From positions 5,022,001 through 5,086,000 of the forward strand of contig CM075991.1 of assembly GCA_038087875.1 (NCBI GenBank): a DNA stretch of 64,000 nucleotides, in the 5' to 3' direction. Below the pieces are notes generated by a model that made no database searches, was not told the DNA's origin, and saw nothing but the letters and a program-made list of their open reading frames with translations. The stretch is from Malacoraja senta. Lineage: Eukaryota. How positions within the stretch are numbered: the stretch's first letter is position 1; each line of letters starts with the position of its first letter. The position numbers and the translations under genes are program-made. Shown here one piece after another: positions 38,751-52,564 of this stretch.

Positions 38751-38932
38751 GTTTAAGAAGGAACTGCAGATGCTTGAAACATCGAAGGTAGACAAAAATG
38801 CTGGAGAAACTCAGCGGGTGAGGCAGCATCTGTGGAGCGAAGGAATATGTGACGTTTCGGGTCGAGACCCTTCTTCAGACGTCACCTTTTCCTTCGCTCC
38901 AAAGATGCTGCCTCGCCCGCTGAATTTCTCCT
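38751..38932. mobile_element. Penelope-derived terminal repeat with partial inverted copy; best-preserved hammerhead core at 38849-38880 (minus)
   Basis: Minus strand GU-CUGAAGA-A-GGGUC-UC-GACCC-GAAAC-GUC-AC. Confidence 0.75.
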
Positions 38933-40204
38933 GCTCTTATAGCTGTGTCACTTCGCCGCCCCAGGACATCCAAAAGATCAAGAAGAACCCTTCTTGGGTT
39001 CGACCCGATATGTCACATATTCCTTTTCTCCAGAGACGCTGTCTGACCCGGCTTTTTGTATCTATCTTGGATTTAAACCAGCATTTGCAGTTCCTTCCGA
39101 CACATTTCGACCCTTCTCGAATATACTGCCAATTTCGCGACGGGATAGCCCGACGTATCAACGCTCTGGGGGCAGTCAAACGTGTGGAGACATGACACAT
39201 TACAAAGGGGGTGGTTTGTTCCCTTGCTATTTTGGTCTGAGGCTGGTGGACACTTCCCGGAACCTCCGTCGCTGGACAGTGAGGATCCCTTGGAATGAGA
39301 GACCGTGCATTCTGTTAATTCTTGAAGAGAGTAGTAGCCGGGAGGGGGGTGGGGGGCTTATTTTGCATTTAGGCATCAGTCGCTGTTGTTAGCAAGCGTG
39401 TGGCAGTGATTACCTCTCGGCTATTGCTCCGTCACATTTCCCCTTCCACTTCAGTTGCAGCGGGCTCACTTGGCACCGAATGAACGGTACACCGACTTCT
39501 TCGAGTAGTTCTCCCCTCCGATCAGCTTTGATGTGAAATGTCCAGCGTGGAAGCAAGATCCGGGGCAGGGAGAAACGTCTTCATCAACGTTATCGTTCTT
39601 GGGTTTTCTCAAATCAAAATAAGCTGTAAATTCACAAATTAAACATTGGTTTTGGTTTACCGATTTTTACACAACCTCGCGGTTTTGTTTATTTTTTTTA
39701 AAAATTCGGTAATTGATTTTAACCCCTTTGCGGAAAACATGGATCGCACTTTGCGAAAAATTCCAAACGAGTGTCGGTTTTAATACGTAAAATGCGCCGG
39801 TTTTGTTTTGTAAAACAGATGCAGAGATTGGCGCTTGAGCGACTTCCTCGGCTTTTGATGGAATGCTTGCCACCGAAACAACACGAGAAAAGCCTCCCCG
39901 AGTTCGCTTCCGACGGCGAGAGTCCTTCCATCAACTTTCCATCATCTGGTCTTTTCTTTGTCTATGCAAGCTGCTTGACTTCAACTCGTTCGATCCTACA
40001 AGAGGAGCTGACTGATTCTGGAGTACTTTTTTTTTGTCTGATTAGATTTATTAGTGATAATTAATTGCCAATCTGTGCAGGTATTTAATCAAATTTTCTC
40101 TGGTCTACCTTACTTTTTTTTTAATATGGATGTCAACTCTTCTACAGAGCCTCATTGCCCCAATGGCCACGGGTTCTGATTCCTATAGCAAGCTTTCAAT
40201 GTTT

Positions 40205-40421
40205 CAATAATGGAATATTTTACTTATAAACACACAATCAAACTAATTCATATTTATACTATTGGAACAAAACTCAATAGATTGAATGTTTTCATTCTAA
40301 ACACATATCCAACCCAAATCATATTTATACGATTGGAACAAAGGTCAATTGATCGAATGTTTTCACTCTAAACACACAATCTACCTAAATCATATTTCTG
40401 CTCGTGGACCAAAATTCAATG
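40205..40421. repeat. 71-bp minisatellite, ~3 diverged copies
   Basis: catattt anchor recurs at 40249, 40320 and 40391. Confidence 0.85.
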
Positions 40422-41399
40422 GAGGATTCAATTGCTTTATCTATCACTAAAAAGTTCAATTAAATTGTTCATATAAAATAAAAGATAATTTAATTAATAG
40501 CACACGTTCTTAAGGTCATTGGTGATAGAAAAGGAATTAGACTATTCGGCCCATCAAGTCTACTCCGCCGTTCAGTCATGGCTGATCTACCTTCCCCTTC
40601 CTACCTTCTCCCCATAACCCCTGACACCCGTACTAAACAAGAATCTATCTACCTCTGCCTTAAAAATATCCGGGGCTGGAAGTAATGTCTTCATCAACGT
40701 TACTTTACTTGGGCTTGATGATAATCTTAAACAAATATTTATTTTTGTTCACGTTTATTGCATATGACAGTCGCCAAAAACTACATTTGGGAATTCAGGA
40801 GAGAACGAGTGAGAATGTCGAACACGTCAGAACCGGTAGTATACTCGGTAAACAATAGCGATATATTTACGTCAGTTGGATAAACTCGATGATGAAATAC
40901 AGAGTTCTGCTGATAGCATGAATTAAAGAAAACAGGAATGTAGTTAGGGGGGGAAGCTTCCTTAAACCCTAGCATGGATTTATATTCGATATATTTGAAT
41001 GTCATGACTTCATGAATGTGTCACAGTAGAACGGGTTCACATTGTTGTGAACCCTACCCCCCCCCCCCCCCCACACACACACACACACACACACACACAA
41101 TGTCTACCAGCCTCTGCATTCAATGGATAATTCTGTGATGTTTCTAATGCCTCCAATGTGATCCTACAACCAGACATACCCCCCTCCCTGTTATCCAGTC
41201 CCATTCTTCAGCAATGTTTAAATGTAATTGGACAAGATACAACCCATACCAATTTACCTGCCCCTATCCTGTCATTCAGGAATCCAAAGAATCATATCAA
41301 TTTCTTACCTGTAATTTTTCTTCTCTTTCCATCATTAAAGAAAGAAAGGGAGTTTTTGATCTCCATTTCAGGAGAAGGTTAGCAATTACTTTCTGAGAC

Positions 41400-41940
41400 A
41401 ATCCTGCACTTGGGCTATTGTGTGCAGTTTGTCTTCTCCACTGTAGAAGAAATGTGATAGTGCTGGAGAAAGTGTAGTAGAGATTCAACTGAATGTTGCC
41501 TAGGGTGGAAGACTTAAGTTATGGAAGGTATTTGATAGGTTGTGCTTGTTTCCCCTTGAGTGAAGGAGAATGAGTGGTGACGATGGAAATACGTAGGATT
41601 ATTAGAGGCACATAAAATAGTCAAAATCTTTTTTCCCCATGGGTAGTAGTTACAAAAACGAGAAAGCAATGGATTAAGGTGAGAGGATAGAATTTCAAAT
41701 TGTATTGGGGGTTACATCCATGCACTTCAAGAGGTTGATACCCAGAAGATGCTTCCATATGAGGTGGTGGAATCAGACACAAATGCTATGTTTAAAAGGC
41801 ATTTAGACAGCCACTTCAATAGGCAAGGTATAGAAGGAAAACATCGTAATGCAAGCAGATTGGATTAGTCTACATGAACTGAAAGATTGGCTAACATGGC
41901 GGCCCTAGGTGCCTGTTTTTGTGCTGTGGTACTCGATGAC
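41400..41940 (+). mobile_element. Degenerate CR1 LINE 3' fragment
   Basis: cacttgggctattgtgtgcagttt (HL.YCVQF) and typical downstream CR1 end. Confidence 0.65.
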
Positions 41941-43986
41941 TTTGGGACATCTCAAACTCCTGATTTCTTTCTTCTTTTCCTCTTGCTCTCTCCTTAATCC
42001 TGGCATTGCCATAGCACCCTGCAAAATAACAACACGTAATTAAATCTCATCTTTCTCTTCTAATCCTTTCAAGGTCTCACCTACCCCTTATTCTATCAGC
42101 ATTATCAGATTTCCAAACTCCTCCAATCAAGGTCTCTTGTAGATCTCTTGTAGCTTTTGTCGTAACAACATTGATGATCATGTGACTCAGATCCCAAGTT
42201 CCGAAGTCTGATTTCCCTCCGGAAGTTCCTTGTATCTGCAATCCCCATGATGGCTTTCACTTAGGGTCATGCTTTCATAGAATCATACACCTTTGTGGCA
42301 GGGAAAGCTGTTATGCTGCTAATTTTCCACATGATAGTCAAATTCATGGAACCTGGGTCAAATGAAGGTAAAACTCCCTGTGCAAGAGATGCCTCACAAG
42401 GCACAACATGGCCTCCACACCAAGTAGGCCTCAGTTGTTCGAAAACTCAGGACCTCCAGAACACGAACACAGATTTAACAGGAGAAAAAATAACTTACCA
42501 CAAAGAATTGCTGATGCTGGTTTATACCAAAGATAGACACAAAGTGCTGAAGTAACTCAGCGACTCAGGCAGCATCTCGGGAGAAAAAGGATGGGTGATG
42601 TTCCTTGAAGATGGTCCCAAGCCGAAACATCACCCATTATTTTTCTCCACAGATGCTGCCTGACCAGCTAAGTTACTCAAGAACCTTTTGTCTATCTACA
42701 TGAAGAACTCAGTTGTTCAAGAAGCCATGAAGATAAAAGATTTAAAAGTCAACATTTCAGGTTGAGATCCTGAATGAGTACCAAGAGGGCAGAGGAATGA
42801 TTGCTATTCTATAGTACTATGGTAGGAGAGGGGGAGGGGGTTGTGAGGGGTACAAAGGTTGATGGATGATAGCTGGAGCCAGATGGGGGAGGGGTTGATG
42901 GGCGGGTGGAAACAGTTGGTAGTTGGGAAAGAGTGGAGTGATGAACAAAACCAAGTGTACAGGTGAGTGTTTGTAGGAGGAAAACACCAGGGTTACTAAA
43001 CAGAAATCAATGTTCATTCCATTGGAATGGTACTCACCATGCCATTGAATAGTAAGTTAACCAAGCAGAATTTAACACATTCTTTCAATATGCATCTGGC
43101 CATACTTTAGTGATGGAGAAGGCTGAGGATAAGCAGTTCAGTGAGGGAATGACGGGAAAGTTCAAAAGATGCAACAAGAAGCTTGAGATGGCTCATTGTG
43201 GACAGAATATAGGCACTCTGCAAAATGCTTGTCAATCCCATGGCAGAAGTTGGTCTCCTAACAAATTTAGGTGGTGGAATGTTGTTTTCAAAAACCATTT
43301 AAAGCTACAAGATTTTAAAATATGTTACTCAACATTTTTCTCAAGAGATAATCAAACAATCATTAAAATATGCGTTGAAATAATTAAATGCATTGAAACA
43401 GTAAAACAACACATCTTCTTTGGCTCCCCATATATTCAGGCCAAGAATCTTTGTTCAACCGAATGCCATGTTCAACTACTGTATGTATGATGGGAGTAAT
43501 GGTGAAAGATGAATGCTCCTATGTAATGGTGATTCAAAAAGCTGAAGATGCTGGAATATTGAGCAAAATACAAACGCTAGAAGAATTGAGTGGATCAAGC
43601 AGCACCTGGGGAGGGAATGGGCAAGTGACGTTTCTGGTCAGAACCCTTCTTCGGACTCAACCCGAAATGTCAGCCATTCCTTCTCTCCAAAAATGCTGCT
43701 TGTCCTGCTGAGTTACTCCAGCATTTTGTGTCTACCTTCTTCGGACTGCCTGATCAGGATCGCCCTTTTCAGTCTGAAGAAGGATACTATCCCCAAACGT
43801 TGCCTCCTGTATATTCCTTCCCCAGACTGCGCCTGCCCCGTTGAGTTGCTCCAACACTTTGTGTTTTGCTCCTGTTTAATATTTGGAAATTATATTAAGA
43901 CAAAGATTTTTGGCTTGCAGGGAAGAGCTAGGAATTTCTGCTATTGAAGTCCAGAAATAGAATAGAGTGACAAAACTAATGTTGTC

Positions 43987-44185
43987 AAAAATGCTGGAGA
44001 AACTCAGCGGGTGAGGCAGCATCTATGGAGCGAAGGAAATAGGCGACGTTTCGGGTCGAGACTCTTCTTCTCGACCTGAAACGTTGCCTATTTCCTTCGC
44101 TCCATAGATGCTGCCTCACCCGCTGAGTTTCTCCAGCGATTTTGTCTACTTTCGATTTTCCAACATCTGCAGTTCCTTCTTAAAC
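43987..44185. mobile_element. Fold-back (inverted) pair of Penelope-derived termini with 14-bp TSD
   Basis: Near-perfect ~75-bp inverted repeat; TSD aaactaatgttgtc (43973-43986 / 44186-44199). Confidence 0.85.
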
Positions 44186-47100
44186 AAACTAATGTTGTCT
44201 ATCACTCAGTAACACGCACTATTCAAAACAAAGTTATTTTCTCTCTTTCCCAGTCTTGATGAATGGTCTTCGATCTGAATAACTAACTGTTTCTCATTTT
44301 ACAGATGTTGTCTGACTTGCTTGCTGAGTGTTCCCAGTATTTTCTGTTTTATTTTAGATTTTAGGCATAAAATGTTTTATCTTGATTTTCAATTCCGGAT
44401 TTTGAGTGGGTGTGTGCTAGAATAGGGCTCACGTACTTGGAATTTGCTGAATTCAGAGGCAGATTCATCACAATTCACTACATTGTGCTCATGAAGCACA
44501 GACTCTTACAGCAAGCAATCATTAGGCTTAACTGACCATGGTCCCGTAATGTGGTGTTCTGAAATGTATCCCTTACTTTGTCTAAGACTTAACTAGTATT
44601 CTATACAGTTCAAGCATAACCACCTTTCTCTTACATTCAAATACCTCGTCATAAAAGGAAATAACCCTTATTACATTTTAACCACCAAAGCCACAGGTCT
44701 TTATACCTTCAGAGATACAGTCTATGGGCATGCACCCCAAGATTCACCTGTTCCTCTGAGTTGCTTGGTAGTATTCCTCTTGGTAGTAAGCCTATTGCTC
44801 CTTGGCATCAACATTTGTTTGTTTATGCTCTTCTCGAAATCTTTTAGGGTGCTTTAACATTACATAAAGGATTTTAAATTTATATTACCTGATGTTTTGA
44901 AAGATTAAAGTTTAAATATAATATGAATTGTTTTCTCTGTTGGTGCACCACTATGCTTATTGATGAATTAAAAGGTTGGTATCCAATGATATTTGTTTGG
45001 CTTTGGAGCTCGACACTCCTGGATTTCAATGTAATCATGCAATTTCACTAGGTGCTCATTTACGCTGTTCATTTTTCTTATTTGTTACCGGCATTTGAGA
45101 CCATTCAGCCAATCCGGTTTATGCCAACTCTCAGAACAATCCCATCAATTCCATTTTCCCCACTTATTATTTCTTGCACATTCTGTCTCGGGTGGCATGA
45201 ACTTCCTTCTGATTCACCTATTACTCACCAACATATAGGATAGGCAAAAATAAGCTTTGTGGCTTCAGCCTATTCCTTTTTCGGTCATTGATTATGTGTA
45301 CGGTGTGTGAAATGTATACAATGTTGGTTCATATTCACACAGATTGTAAAGTTTTGTTCTTTTTAATGTATGACCAAAATAAACTATTCATTCATTCATT
45401 CATTCATTCATTCATTTAACATTACTAGTAAATTACCTCACCAACCAGCATATGTGGGAACCCTACATAGTCGCAGGGAGAATATGTAAACTCCATACAA
45501 ACAGGTCCAGATGTCAGGATTGAACCTGTTATGACTGAACACAAGTTCAAGTTCAAGTTCACATTTATTGACACAATGCACCCATTAAGGTACAGTGAAA
45601 TTTGAGTTGCCATGCAGCCATACAATCAAAAAGAACACAATACACAATATAATTTAACATAAACATCCACCACTGTGGAATCAACACTCTGGAATAACTG
45701 CCATGATGAGCTGAAATAATGTAAGACTCTATTCAAACTAAAAACACTCTTCAGAAACAAAAGATTGAATGGTTATGAGCTGGACCAATGATTTTATTTT
45801 CTGTTTGGTTATTTCTTGTTTGTGGAATGTTCAACAGATTTTGGGTCCATTTGTTCCCATTATTTTGTTTTTTCATGAAAATGTATAGAAAATAAGAGGG
45901 GGTAGGACCAGAAACGTTTTCGAACTTCTTCTTACCCCTTTTGAACATGAACGATATTATTTGTATTATTTGAGTTACTTATTTGTTTATTTTCCTTTGT
46001 GTTTTATTTTATTTTATTTTTTATTGCTTATAAGTTTATTTGTGTTTGTATATATATATATATATATATTTTTAACATGTTCAATAAAATAATTTAATAA
46101 TAAAAATAATTTAAAAATAATAAAATAAAAACATTCTTCGCTGTGATGGAAGGCAATAACGTTCAGTCACAGTACATTACTACTACATAGACTCTGCCTT
46201 CCATGGTCTCATCACTTCTGCTCAACCATGGTCAGCCTTCAGCCAATTCTGTATCAACTAAGAACACAGGATACAACTTACTTATGGGAGTCAACATCAT
46301 CCCAGCTGTAGACTCGCTTCCTAACTGTTTGTGTCTTGAGCCAAGTTGCCCCATTGCACTTACAGCACTGACAGTTACTGATTCAATTATACTTTGTAGT
46401 CACAGGTGCCTAGGTGAAAGTTTTGGTTTGCGGACCACTGGTAAAATCATGTCGCAGTCCTCACCTAGGCAGTACACAAGTGTCGCCATGTTTTAGCCCC
46501 GACAAAGAGAATGTCAAAGATATACACACACACAGAACAGATAAGCTGAAAATCCCGTCCACATATACACACGTACACACAAACAGTCGATACCGACTGA
46601 CAAGTACATACTCGCAACATGATCGTTAACTGAGAATATAAGTGAACATACTGTTATATTTCAGTTAAATAATGCTGGAATAAAGAGTTGAAACAAATAA
46701 TGACCTGAAGTATAAGTTGCGATTCTGTAATTGACGAAAAGTCAATTCTGGAGGTAATCTTCAAGCATACCCAGAAATTCCAACACTCCGAGGAAATGGT
46801 TCGCGCAGGAGACTTCTGCTCACCCGCCATCCTTCTCTGGTTTCTCGCTTTCTCCTTATTGTTTTACCCTCTTGACTCTTTGAGCCATAAGAAGATTCTC
46901 ACTGATTTTGTTTAATACTTGAGAGTTCAATAACAAAAGCGAATTGGTCTTGGACAACCTCTCAACTCTCGTGACTTTCCCAGCGCGCTACGTTGAGCGA
47001 GATTGAGCCTTGCCCAGTGTTGACTTTTCAACAAGAGTTGAGTTACACAGAGCTCGGTAGAATAAATATACACACCTTACAAAGCACAGAGACGGGTTAT

Positions 47101-48204
47101 TCATTAAGCAACTCGTCGCAAGACGGGGGAAATGTTGGAAAATTTGCGTGTTTACCTTTGGCAATAGGTAAATTGAGTTGTACTAAATGCTTTCTGAAGA
47201 TTATTCACAAACGTCACATCACAACCTCGCAAGATTCAAAGCCGAAGAACAAAGGACATTCAAAATAGGAACAAAGACATGCTTAGAATGCAAGAGCAAA
47301 AAATAGCGTACTCATTCCTCAAACCTCCAGAAATCACAACAAATTTTGTTCCAATAATTCTAAATTATTTTTACAAATCCAAATACAAGGATGCGTGAAA
47401 ACCCCCCCATTGGTTTTCAAAATGGTTGGGAAGTTAAAAATAATATTCCCGTTCCTTAAACGTGTTTAATGTTTAATGTTTAACGTTTAATATGTCGTTC
47501 CTGTATGTCGTTGTCACTTGCGGGCGGAGCACCAAGGCAAATTCCTTGTATGTGAATACTTGGCCAATAAACTTATTCATTCATTCATTTAAATAAATGC
47601 AGATACGCATACTGCAGAGTTTATTACTAAGTATGTTAGGTGAAAACAAACTAAAACCCCACTCCATGAGAGGGAACACATTCAGCATAGGATGCATGAC
47701 AACAGACGCTAAGAAATAGGTAGAAACAGGGAATTGCAAACGACGAGAAATGCTGGAGTAACCGCGGGTCAGGCCTGGAGAACATTGGATAAGGAGTGTT
47801 TCATGTCGGGACCTTTCTTCATACTAATCAGACTGATTTACCCTGTCAAACATGAAATGGGAATAGGAGTTTGAATAAGGGTCTTGATCCGAAAAGTTGC
47901 CTATCCTTGTTCTCTAGATATGCTGCCTGACGCACCGAGATACTCCAGCACTTTGTATCTGTTTTTTGGAACAGCTACATGGGGCGATATCAAATTTGTT
48001 CTTTCATTGAATAAATTCGTCATCGATTCTTTCCCTCATATCCCCGTCCACTTATGCCCTGAATCGCTTTGAATTCATCAATCAAGAGAGACCGATGAAT
48101 AAATGTAGAGATTAAAACAGGATTAGTGTAAATAGGTGAGAGTCTAAGTGCCCGTTTTCGTGTGCTCGTGATTTGGCATTCACAGGCAGAGAATTCCAAA
48201 CGTC

Positions 48205-49820
48205 CATAGAAACATAGAAACATAGAAAGTAGGTGCGAGAGTAGACCACCAGGCCCATCGAGCCCGCACCGCCATTCGCTCATGGCTGAACACTAAACAG
48301 ACACCCTTACCCACAAACAGTAGACACAAGACACAGAACACAAGACACTACCCTCCCCTTTATATCGCTATCACCCCTCTCCACCCCAAGAACCGCGTGA
48401 TCTCCTGGGGGAGGCAAAAAACCGGATAAAAACCCAGGTCCAATTCGGGAAAAAAATCCGGGAAATTCCTCTCCGACCCCAATCCAGGCGATCGACACTT
48501 GTCCAGGAGATCACTCAGGTCTTACTATACTAACCATACCTAGGTCCATATCCCTGCCCTCTCCCCGTAGCCCCTTATCCCCTTGGCAGCTAAAAAACCA
48601 TCTATTTTAGATTTAAATATATTTAATGTTTCTGCTTCCACTGCTCCCTGGGGCAGTGAATTCCATAAATTAACCACCCTCTGGGTGAAGAAGTTCTTCC
48701 TCATCTCAGTTTTAAAAGAGCCCCCTCTTATTCTACAACTATGTCCCCTAGTTCTAGTTTCCCCGATCATTGGGAACATCCTCGGTGCATCCACCCGATC
48801 AAGGCCCCTCACGATCTTATATGTTTCAATGAGATCGCCTCTCATTCTTCTAAACTCCAAAGAGTAGAGTTCCAGCCTACTTAACCTTTCCTCATATGTC
48901 AATCCCCTCATTGCAGGAATTAATCTTGTAAACCTTCGCTGCACTGCCTCCAGGGCCAGTACATCCTTTCTTAAGTATGGACCCCAGAACTGTACACAGT
49001 ATTCCAAATGTGGTCTCACTAATACTGTGTACAGCTGCAGCAAGACCTCCGTGTTTTTATACTCAATGCCCCTAGCAATAAAGGCCAAAACTCCATTGGC
49101 CTTCCTGATTGCTTGCTGCACCTGCATACTAACTTTTAGTGATTCATGTACTACTACCCCTAGATCCCTTTGCGTTGCATTACAACGCAGCTCCACCTCA
49201 TTTAGAAAATAACTTGCCCTATCATTTTTTTTCCCAAAGTGAATGACTTCACATTTATTAGTATTAAATTTCATCTGCCAAGTTGTTGCCCACTCACCTA
49301 GCTTATCTATATCCTTTTGCAGACTCTTCCTATCCTCCTCATCCCCTACTTTTCCTCCCATTTTTGTATCGTCCGCAAATTTTGATATATTACACTTGGT
49401 TCCCTCCTCCAAATCATTTATATAAATTGTGAACAACTGGGGTCCCAGCACCGACCCTTGCGGAACCCCGCTAGTTACCGGTTGCCATCCCGAGTATGAA
49501 CCATTTATCCCCACTCTCTGTTTCCTATTTGTTAGCCAATCCTCTACCCATACTAATATATTACCCCCAATCCCATAATTTTTTATTTTTAGCAATAGTC
49601 TCTTATGTGGCACCTTGTCAAAAGCCTTTTGGAAGTCCAAGTATACCACATCCACCGGTTCCCCTTTATCCACCCGGGTTGTTACTTCCTCAAAGAATTC
49701 GAGCAGATTCGTTAAACAGGACTTCCCCTTCACAAAACCATGCTGGTTCTGTCCGATGAAGTCATGTTTATCCAAGTGCCCCGTTAGTGTTTCTTTAATA
49801 ATTGTCTCTAACAAATTTTT
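48205..49820 (-). mobile_element. Young 5'-truncated CR1 LINE with uninterrupted RT ORF (48540-49814) and (TTTCTATG)n tail
   Basis: 424-aa open frame: QHGFVKGKSCLTNL, YLDFQKAFDKV, SGVPQGSVLGP, KFADDTK, VRPHLEYCVQFW. Confidence 0.95.
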
Positions 49821-51644
49821 GTATCGTCCACAATTCAGTAAGTAAAGATTTCACAAATCGTTTTAAGTGTTGCACCATTCATCTTAAAGTTATCTCCTCC
49901 AGTTCTGGACATTCCTGCCATTATAGCAGTTATAATTAACCTATCAAACTGGAAGCATTCAGCAGTGTAGAGAAGGGTTCCTATCCGAAACGTCATGCGT
50001 TCCTTCTCTCCAGAGATGCTGCCTGGCCATCTGAGTTACGCCAGTGTTTTGTGTCTATCTGCGGTATAAACCAGCATCTGTGTAAGAAGGAACTGCAGAT
50101 GCTGGTTTAAACCAAAGATAGGCATAAAAAGCTGGAGTAACTCAGCGGGAAAGACAGCATCTCTGGAGAGAAGGAATGGGTGACGCTTCGGGTCGAGACC
50201 CTTCTTCAGTATAAACCAGCATCCACCGTTCCTTCCTGCACAAACATGAAGCATTTACAGGTATAAGTGTGATTAGCGAAAACAACAAGTTAAAGCAAAT
50301 TGAGGGGATACAAAGAACTGCAGATGCTGGCACACAGAAAAAAAGACAACGTTCTGGAGTGACTCAACAGGTAAGCCGGAACATGGATAGGCATTATCTA
50401 TGTAGAAACAAGTAAATGCCAATGCTGGTTTACACTAAAGGACACAAAGTGCTGGAGTAACTCCGCGGGTCAGGCAGCATCTCTGGAGAACATGGATAGA
50501 ACATGGATCAGTCCGATGAAGGATCCCAACCTCAAATGTCAGCTATCTGTGTTCTCCAAAGATACTGCTCTACCAGCTGAGTTACTCCTGCACTTTGTAT
50601 CCGTTTAGGCATTATCCATGTTCTCCAGAGATGCTGCCTGACCTATTGCGTAATTGCAGGTGGACAAAAAGCTGGAGAAACTCGGCGGGTGAGGCAGCAT
50701 CTATGGAGCGAAGGAATGGGTGAAGTTTCAGGTAGAGACCCTTCTTCAGCATAAACCAGCATCCACCATTCTTTCCTGCACAAACAGGAAGCATTTACAG
50801 TTATAAGTGTAATCAGTCTGAAGCAGGGCCTCGACGCGAAACGTCACCGATTCCTTCGCTCCATAGATGCTGCCTCACCCGCTGAGTTTCTCCAGCTTTT
50901 TGTCTACCTTCGATAATTCCAGCATCTGCAGTTCTTTCTTAAATATTGCGTTATTGCAATACTTTGTTTCTTTTAAAAACCTAATTCAGGACAGGGTTGT
51001 AAGCACAGTGCTTAGCACATACCTATTAAGCAGATGTGGTTGCTGGAGTTCACTTTGCTATTCATTGCCAGACCTTGCCAAAACATCAGAACTTCCTGAA
51101 ACCAGCGGATCGTGCATTTTGTCAGCCTTTTTCACATCATCTCAAGATGTCCTTCGCAGCCAGTGAGGTCTTTCTGAACGGTAGACATTTTTAAAATGCA
51201 GGTATTTCCATGTAAACATTATCCAAAAACTCTGCTACTTTCTTCACCTTTACCAACACTAATCTTCTTCAAACAGCAACCATGTATTTGCTAACCAACA
51301 GTAATTTGTGGTTAGGTAATGACTGGATTTTGGCATTCTGAATCTACTTTTCAAATGCCTGCATTGATTCCATCTGTTTCTGTAATCTCCTTCATCTTTC
51401 TAACCCAATAGGTTTTTTATTTATTTTGCAGCAATTGTGGCCTCTTGCTCATCTCTATATTAAGAAGTGTCTCCACCCGAAACAACACCCAATCCTTCTC
51501 TCCAGCAATGCTGCCTGTCCCGCTGAGTTTCTCCAGCTTTTTGTGTCTATCTTCACTCTACCATTGCAAGCTTCACTTTCACAAGCCAAGGTCCAGGTTC
51601 TTGAAGTTTCACACTCTAAATCCCCACCAAGCCTCTTCTCTCTT

Positions 51645-51900
51645 AAGGTGGCCCAGTGGTGCAGCGGGTAGAGTGCTCGAGTGCTCTCTGAATGGAGTTT
51701 GCAAGTTCTCCTTGTGACCATGTGTGTTTCCTCCAGGTGCTTCAGTTTCTTCTCACATCCCAAAGAGGTGTGGGGTTGTAGATTAATTGGCCTCTGTAAT
51801 TTGCCCATAGTGTATAAGGAGTGGCTGTAAAATTGGGATAACATAAAACTAGTATGAATGGGTGACTGATGGTCGTTGAGGACTCAGTAGACCAAAGGAA
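51645..51900 (+). mobile_element. HE1-like SINE
   Basis: ggtggcccagtggtgcagcgg head and V-domain-like gagtttgcaagttctccttgtgacc. Confidence 0.65.
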
Positions 51901-52564
51901 GGCACAAAAAGCTGGAGTAATTCAATGGGTCGGGCAGCATCTCTGGAGAAAAGGAATAGGTGACATTTTGGGTCAAGAACCTTCTTCAGACTTAGAGAAC
52001 ACTCTTGTTTCCCTTTCCACTGACTCTCAGTCTGAAGAAGGGTCTCGAACCAAAACATCACCTATTCCTTTTCAGCAGAGATGCTGCCTAACCAGCTGAG
52101 TTATTTCATTTATTTGTGCCTATCTTCGGTTTAAACAGCATCTGTAGTTCATTCCTTTATAGTGGACCAAAGGACCTGTTTCTGAGCCAAATCTTTAAAA
52201 GATGTTCCTTAAAAGGCACATCTGGCCAATATTTTGCTCACGTCTCTCTGAACTCCTTATGTGGTTCAATTTTAATTTTGTAATGATGACATGTCCATAA
52301 AGCACATTGGGACTTTTTGTAGCATTGAATTTGCTCCACAAATGGGAATTAATGTTGCTGAAACACTAACAAACACATTAGAAGGAAAACATGAATAACG
52401 GAAGGAAAAACAGCAAAATCTCGCACTAAGCTTTCACATAGAACAGTATGTGGAAGAATACAGTGTAGGTATAGGCCCTTTGGCCCAAAATATCTGTGCT
52501 GACCATGATACCAAATTAATGCAGGAAATATATGAATCGTAAAATGGGGTCATTGTGAGTGGGT

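Noticed and set aside
40205..40421. Regularly spaced repeats resembling a CRISPR array
   Set aside because: The whole 71-bp unit repeats with no unique spacers, there are no cas genes, and the context is vertebrate.
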